Source: Thermodesulfovibrionia bacterium
GTDB taxonomy: Bacteria; Nitrospirota; Thermodesulfovibrionia; UBA6902
Reading direction: 5' to 3'
DNA length: 27,577 nt
Assembly (NCBI GenBank): GCA_041629615.1
Contig: JBFKMY010000001.1
Coordinates: 1-27,577 of the forward strand
Below are positions 24,801 through 27,577 of the stretch, in pieces. The notes beneath the pieces are model-generated. The model ran no database searches and was not told where the DNA came from. It was given only the letters and a program-made list of their open reading frames with translations. Every line of letters begins with the position of its first letter. Positions within the stretch are counted from its first letter, which is position 1. A program made the translations under genes and the position numbers.

Positions 24801-25709
24801 GTGATCACTTTCAGAACACTGAGAATACTTGCATTCCTGTGCATGGTTACTGGTCTTCATGCCTGCCAGCAGAATGCCACGCAAAACAGCGGAGAACTCA
24901 GGGTCCTTACGACTATTGCCCCTCTCTACAGCTTTACCAGAAATGTCGCCGGAGACCTGGCACATGTTGATAATCTTATCCCTTCGGGTGTTGGTCCTCA
25001 TGAATATTCCTTGAGCCCTGCAGATGCAAGGAAGGTTGCGGGAGCCCGTGTCCTTGTCACAAATGGCCTTAACCTGGAGATCTGGCTGCACACATTGACC
25101 AGCGCTGCTGAAGGCGTGAGAAAGACGGATTCTTCCGGGGAACATGGACTCATCGTTGTTGATACGAGTGCCGGGACTGAAGTTTTCGGGAATGATCCCC
25201 ATATATGGCTTTCTCCGGGGAACGCCATAATCCAGGTAAAGAATATAAGAGATGCTATGATAAAAGCTGACCCCGGTAACGGGCAAACTTACAGGGAGAA
25301 CGCTGCAATATATATTCAACGTCTTGAAGATCTCGATAACGAAATAAGAGAGGAAATAAAGACATGGAAAACAAAGAAATTTGTTGCTTTTCATTCTGCC
25401 TTCAAATATTTTGCCAGAGATTACGGACTTGAGCAGGCGGCAGTCATTCAGGAGACACCCGAAATCGAACCATCTCCGAAACATATAGCACATGTTATGG
25501 AAACAATCAAATCAACGGGTATCAGGGCCATTTTTACAGAGCCCCAGTATTCACACAAGATAGTCGTGTCAATTGCAGGAGACCTGGACCTGGAGATATA
25601 CAGCCTTGATACACTTGAAACAGGGGCCCTCTCAAAAGAATGGTATGAAGACAGCATGAGATCAAACGTAAGCATTTTAAAAAAAGTACTCAACCGGGAA
25701 ACTGAATGA
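24801..25709 (+). CDS. Zn/Mn ABC transporter substrate-binding lipoprotein (ZnuA-like)
   Basis: GVGPHEY, DPHIWLSP, VAFHSAFKYF and LDTLE. GTG 24801 gives a lipoprotein signal ending LHA-C. The ORF-track start at 24747 runs through the repeat. Confidence 0.9.
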   Translation: MITFRTLRILAFLCMVTGLHACQQNATQNSGELRVLTTIAPLYSFTRNVAGDLAHVDNLIPSGVGPHEYSLSPADARKVAGARVLVTNGLNLEIWLHTLTSAAEGVRKTDSSGEHGLIVVDTSAGTEVFGNDPHIWLSPGNAIIQVKNIRDAMIKADPGNGQTYRENAAIYIQRLEDLDNEIREEIKTWKTKKFVAFHSAFKYFARDYGLEQAAVIQETPEIEPSPKHIAHVMETIKSTGIRAIFTEPQYSHKIVVSIAGDLDLEIYSLDTLETGALSKEWYEDSMRSNVSILKKVLNRETE

Positions 25710-26458
25710 TCGCCCTGAGTGTAGAAAACCTGTGTGTTAAGGCCGACAACCGTCACCTTCTGGAGAACATCACTTTTTCGATAGATGAGGGCAGAATTGT
25801 CGCAATTATCGGCCCGAACGGCGCGGGCAAAACTACATTGATCAAGGCAATACTCGGGCTTATTCCCTATGAAACAGGATCTGTGTCCCTGTTTGGACGT
25901 CCGTTTAAACAGGTCAATTCTCATGACGGTATAGGGTATGTTCCACAGAGGATTGAGTTTGACAGGACATTCCCGCTTACCGTTTCAGAGCTTTTGCGCT
26001 TTACCGTTCCTCCGCTTTATGCCCTGCCGTTTCGAAAAAGAAGAGAAGAAAAAGAGAATATTGACCGGCTGCTCAAAACAGTGGGGGCGCAGGATTTAAA
26101 GGGGAGAAGCATCGGCAGCCTGTCGGGCGGGGAGCTTCAGAGGGTCATGATTGCCAAAGCGATCGTGAATGACCCAAGGCTGCTCATCCTCGATGAACCG
26201 GCGTCCGGGGTGGACATTGAGGGACAGGAGCGGTTCCATGATCTGGTAAAGCGTCTGAATAAAGAAAAAGGACTGACCGTAATATTGATCTCCCATGATC
26301 TGAATGTGGTATACCGTTTTGCAGATGATGTCCTTTGCCTGAACAGGAAACTGGTGTGCAGCGGAAGGCCCGAGGATGCTCTTACCGATGATGTGATCAA
26401 GAGCGTATACGGAGAGATGATGGGCGCCTATATCCATAGTTGTCATGAACATGATTAG
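25706..26458 (+). CDS. Metal ABC transporter ATP-binding protein (ZnuC-like)
   Basis: GPNGAGKTT, GYVPQ, LSGGELQR, LDEP and ISHD. ATGA overlap with the upstream gene. Confidence 0.93.
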   Translation: MIALSVENLCVKADNRHLLENITFSIDEGRIVAIIGPNGAGKTTLIKAILGLIPYETGSVSLFGRPFKQVNSHDGIGYVPQRIEFDRTFPLTVSELLRFTVPPLYALPFRKRREEKENIDRLLKTVGAQDLKGRSIGSLSGGELQRVMIAKAIVNDPRLLILDEPASGVDIEGQERFHDLVKRLNKEKGLTVILISHDLNVVYRFADDVLCLNRKLVCSGRPEDALTDDVIKSVYGEMMGAYIHSCHEHD

Positions 26459-27254
26459 TGAATTCATAGCATATCCGTTCATCCAGAGGGCATTGCTGGC
26501 GTCCATAATGACAGGTATTCTCTGCCCGTTTGTCGGCAACTTTGTCGTACTGCGCAGGATGTCTTTTTTTTCAGATGCAATATCGCATTCGGCTTTTGCC
26601 GGTATTGCAGCAGGTGCTTTGCTTGGCATCGACCTTTCTCTCTCATCAGTTGTTGTGGCAATACTCATTGCACTGGTTATTGCATTCCTTTCTGAAAAAA
26701 CATCTTTATCACATGATACGGTCATCGGCATTGCTTTTTCGGGTGCTATTGCGTCGGGGATGCTTATCATTGGAATGCTCAAGGGGTACAGGGCAGATCT
26801 CTTTGCCTTTCTGTTCGGCGACATACTTGCAATAACAAACAGCGACCTGCTCCTGATTCTTGCTGTCAGCGTAGTGACGATAACGGTTCTGCTTGCATTT
26901 TTGAAGCCCTTTCTCCAGATCACATTTAACAGGGACCTTGCGAGGGTAGAAGGGATTAATGTAAGGTTTTTCGAATACCTGCTTTTTTTGATCATTGCAA
27001 TTGTGATCACCGTAAGTCTTAAAATTGTCGGGATTATCCTTGTCACATCCCTCCTGATTGTCCCGGCTGCATCGGCAAAAAACCTTGCTTCAAGTATGAA
27101 AAGGCTGTTTGTCCTGTCAAGCATTTTTGGTGTTGTTTCAGGAATAGCGGGGCTTGTCGGCTCTATATACCTCAACACGTCGTCCGGTCCGACGATTGTG
27201 CTGGTAAGCATAGGGATATTCATTGTGACCGTGTTGAAACGGACAGGAACATAA
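26445..27254 (+). CDS. Metal ABC transporter permease (ZnuB-like)
   Basis: FVVLRRMSFFSDAISHSAFAG, FLFGDILAI, IVGIILVTSLLIVPAASA and SGPTIVL. Alternative start at 26451. Confidence 0.93.
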   Translation: MNMISEFIAYPFIQRALLASIMTGILCPFVGNFVVLRRMSFFSDAISHSAFAGIAAGALLGIDLSLSSVVVAILIALVIAFLSEKTSLSHDTVIGIAFSGAIASGMLIIGMLKGYRADLFAFLFGDILAITNSDLLLILAVSVVTITVLLAFLKPFLQITFNRDLARVEGINVRFFEYLLFLIIAIVITVSLKIVGIILVTSLLIVPAASAKNLASSMKRLFVLSSIFGVVSGIAGLVGSIYLNTSSGPTIVLVSIGIFIVTVLKRTGT

Positions 27255-27288
27255 AGAGACATGGCCTGGTGAAAAGAGAGGTGAAATT

Positions 27289-27577
27289 ATGAAATATGTG
27301 ATCATTGGCAACGGAGTTGCAGGAACCACAGCGGCTTTGAATATCAGAAAACTGGACGGCAGCGGAGAAATAACCGTCCTCACTGACGAGGCTGCCCCTT
27401 TTTACAGCCGTATTCGATTAATCGAGTATCTTGCCGGAGAAGCAAATGAACAGGACATTATCATTTATAAAGGAGACTGGTATGAGAAAAACAGTATCAA
27501 GCTTCTGTTGAACACGCCCGTCTCTGAGATCGATAAAGACAACAGGCGCATTATTACTGCAGCGGGTGATGCCCTTC
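27289..27577 (+). CDS. 3'-truncated FAD/NAD(P)-dependent oxidoreductase (rubredoxin reductase / NirB N-terminal-like)
   Basis: Absent from the ORF track and translated by hand: MKYVIIGNGVAGTTAALNIRKLDGSGEITVLTDEAAPFYSRIRLIEYLAG... It has a GxGxxG dinucleotide-binding motif and SD GAGGTG. Confidence 0.88.
   Translation, partial: MKYVIIGNGVAGTTAALNIRKLDGSGEITVLTDEAAPFYSRIRLIEYLAGEANEQDIIIYKGDWYEKNSIKLLLNTPVSEIDKDNRRIITAAGDAL

Noticed and set aside
26096-27262. 388-aa minus-strand ORF and the other long antisense ORFs in the track (e.g. 716-1183, 7031-7564, 13391-14047, 24795-25493)
   Set aside because: They are shadow frames of well-supported genes and carry no recognisable motifs.

Overview
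A mostly housekeeping, gene-dense bacterial window; gene content and order suggest an anaerobic Nitrospirota or Desulfobacterota relative, which is inference only. Left edge: a 5'-truncated radical SAM-SPASM protein fused to an ArsM-like methyltransferase with all four ArsM-type Cys, followed by a B12-dependent radical SAM gene. Next is a minus-strand run lon-thiL-DUF2062-site-2 protease, then galU, then osmC-pgpA-thpR-recA-pilT-like-recX. Between recX and alaS lie pfkA, a second B12/radical SAM gene with a CX4CX2C motif and a PilZ gene with a structured leader. After alaS come a phasin-like gene, a UbiB/ABC1 kinase, an orphan HepT-like gene lacking the catalytic His, an MFS transporter, a ZnuABC-like transporter and a truncated FAD oxidoreductase missing from the ORF track. 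The strongest leads are the rSAM-SPASM-ArsM fusion operon and several intergenic 7- and 8-nt periodic repeat elements with inverted arms, one extending ThiL and one carrying a nested 20-bp palindrome. Weaker leads are a GEMM-like leader before the PilZ gene and divergent leaderless-type promoters. No rRNA, tRNA, CRISPR array or transposase was seen.
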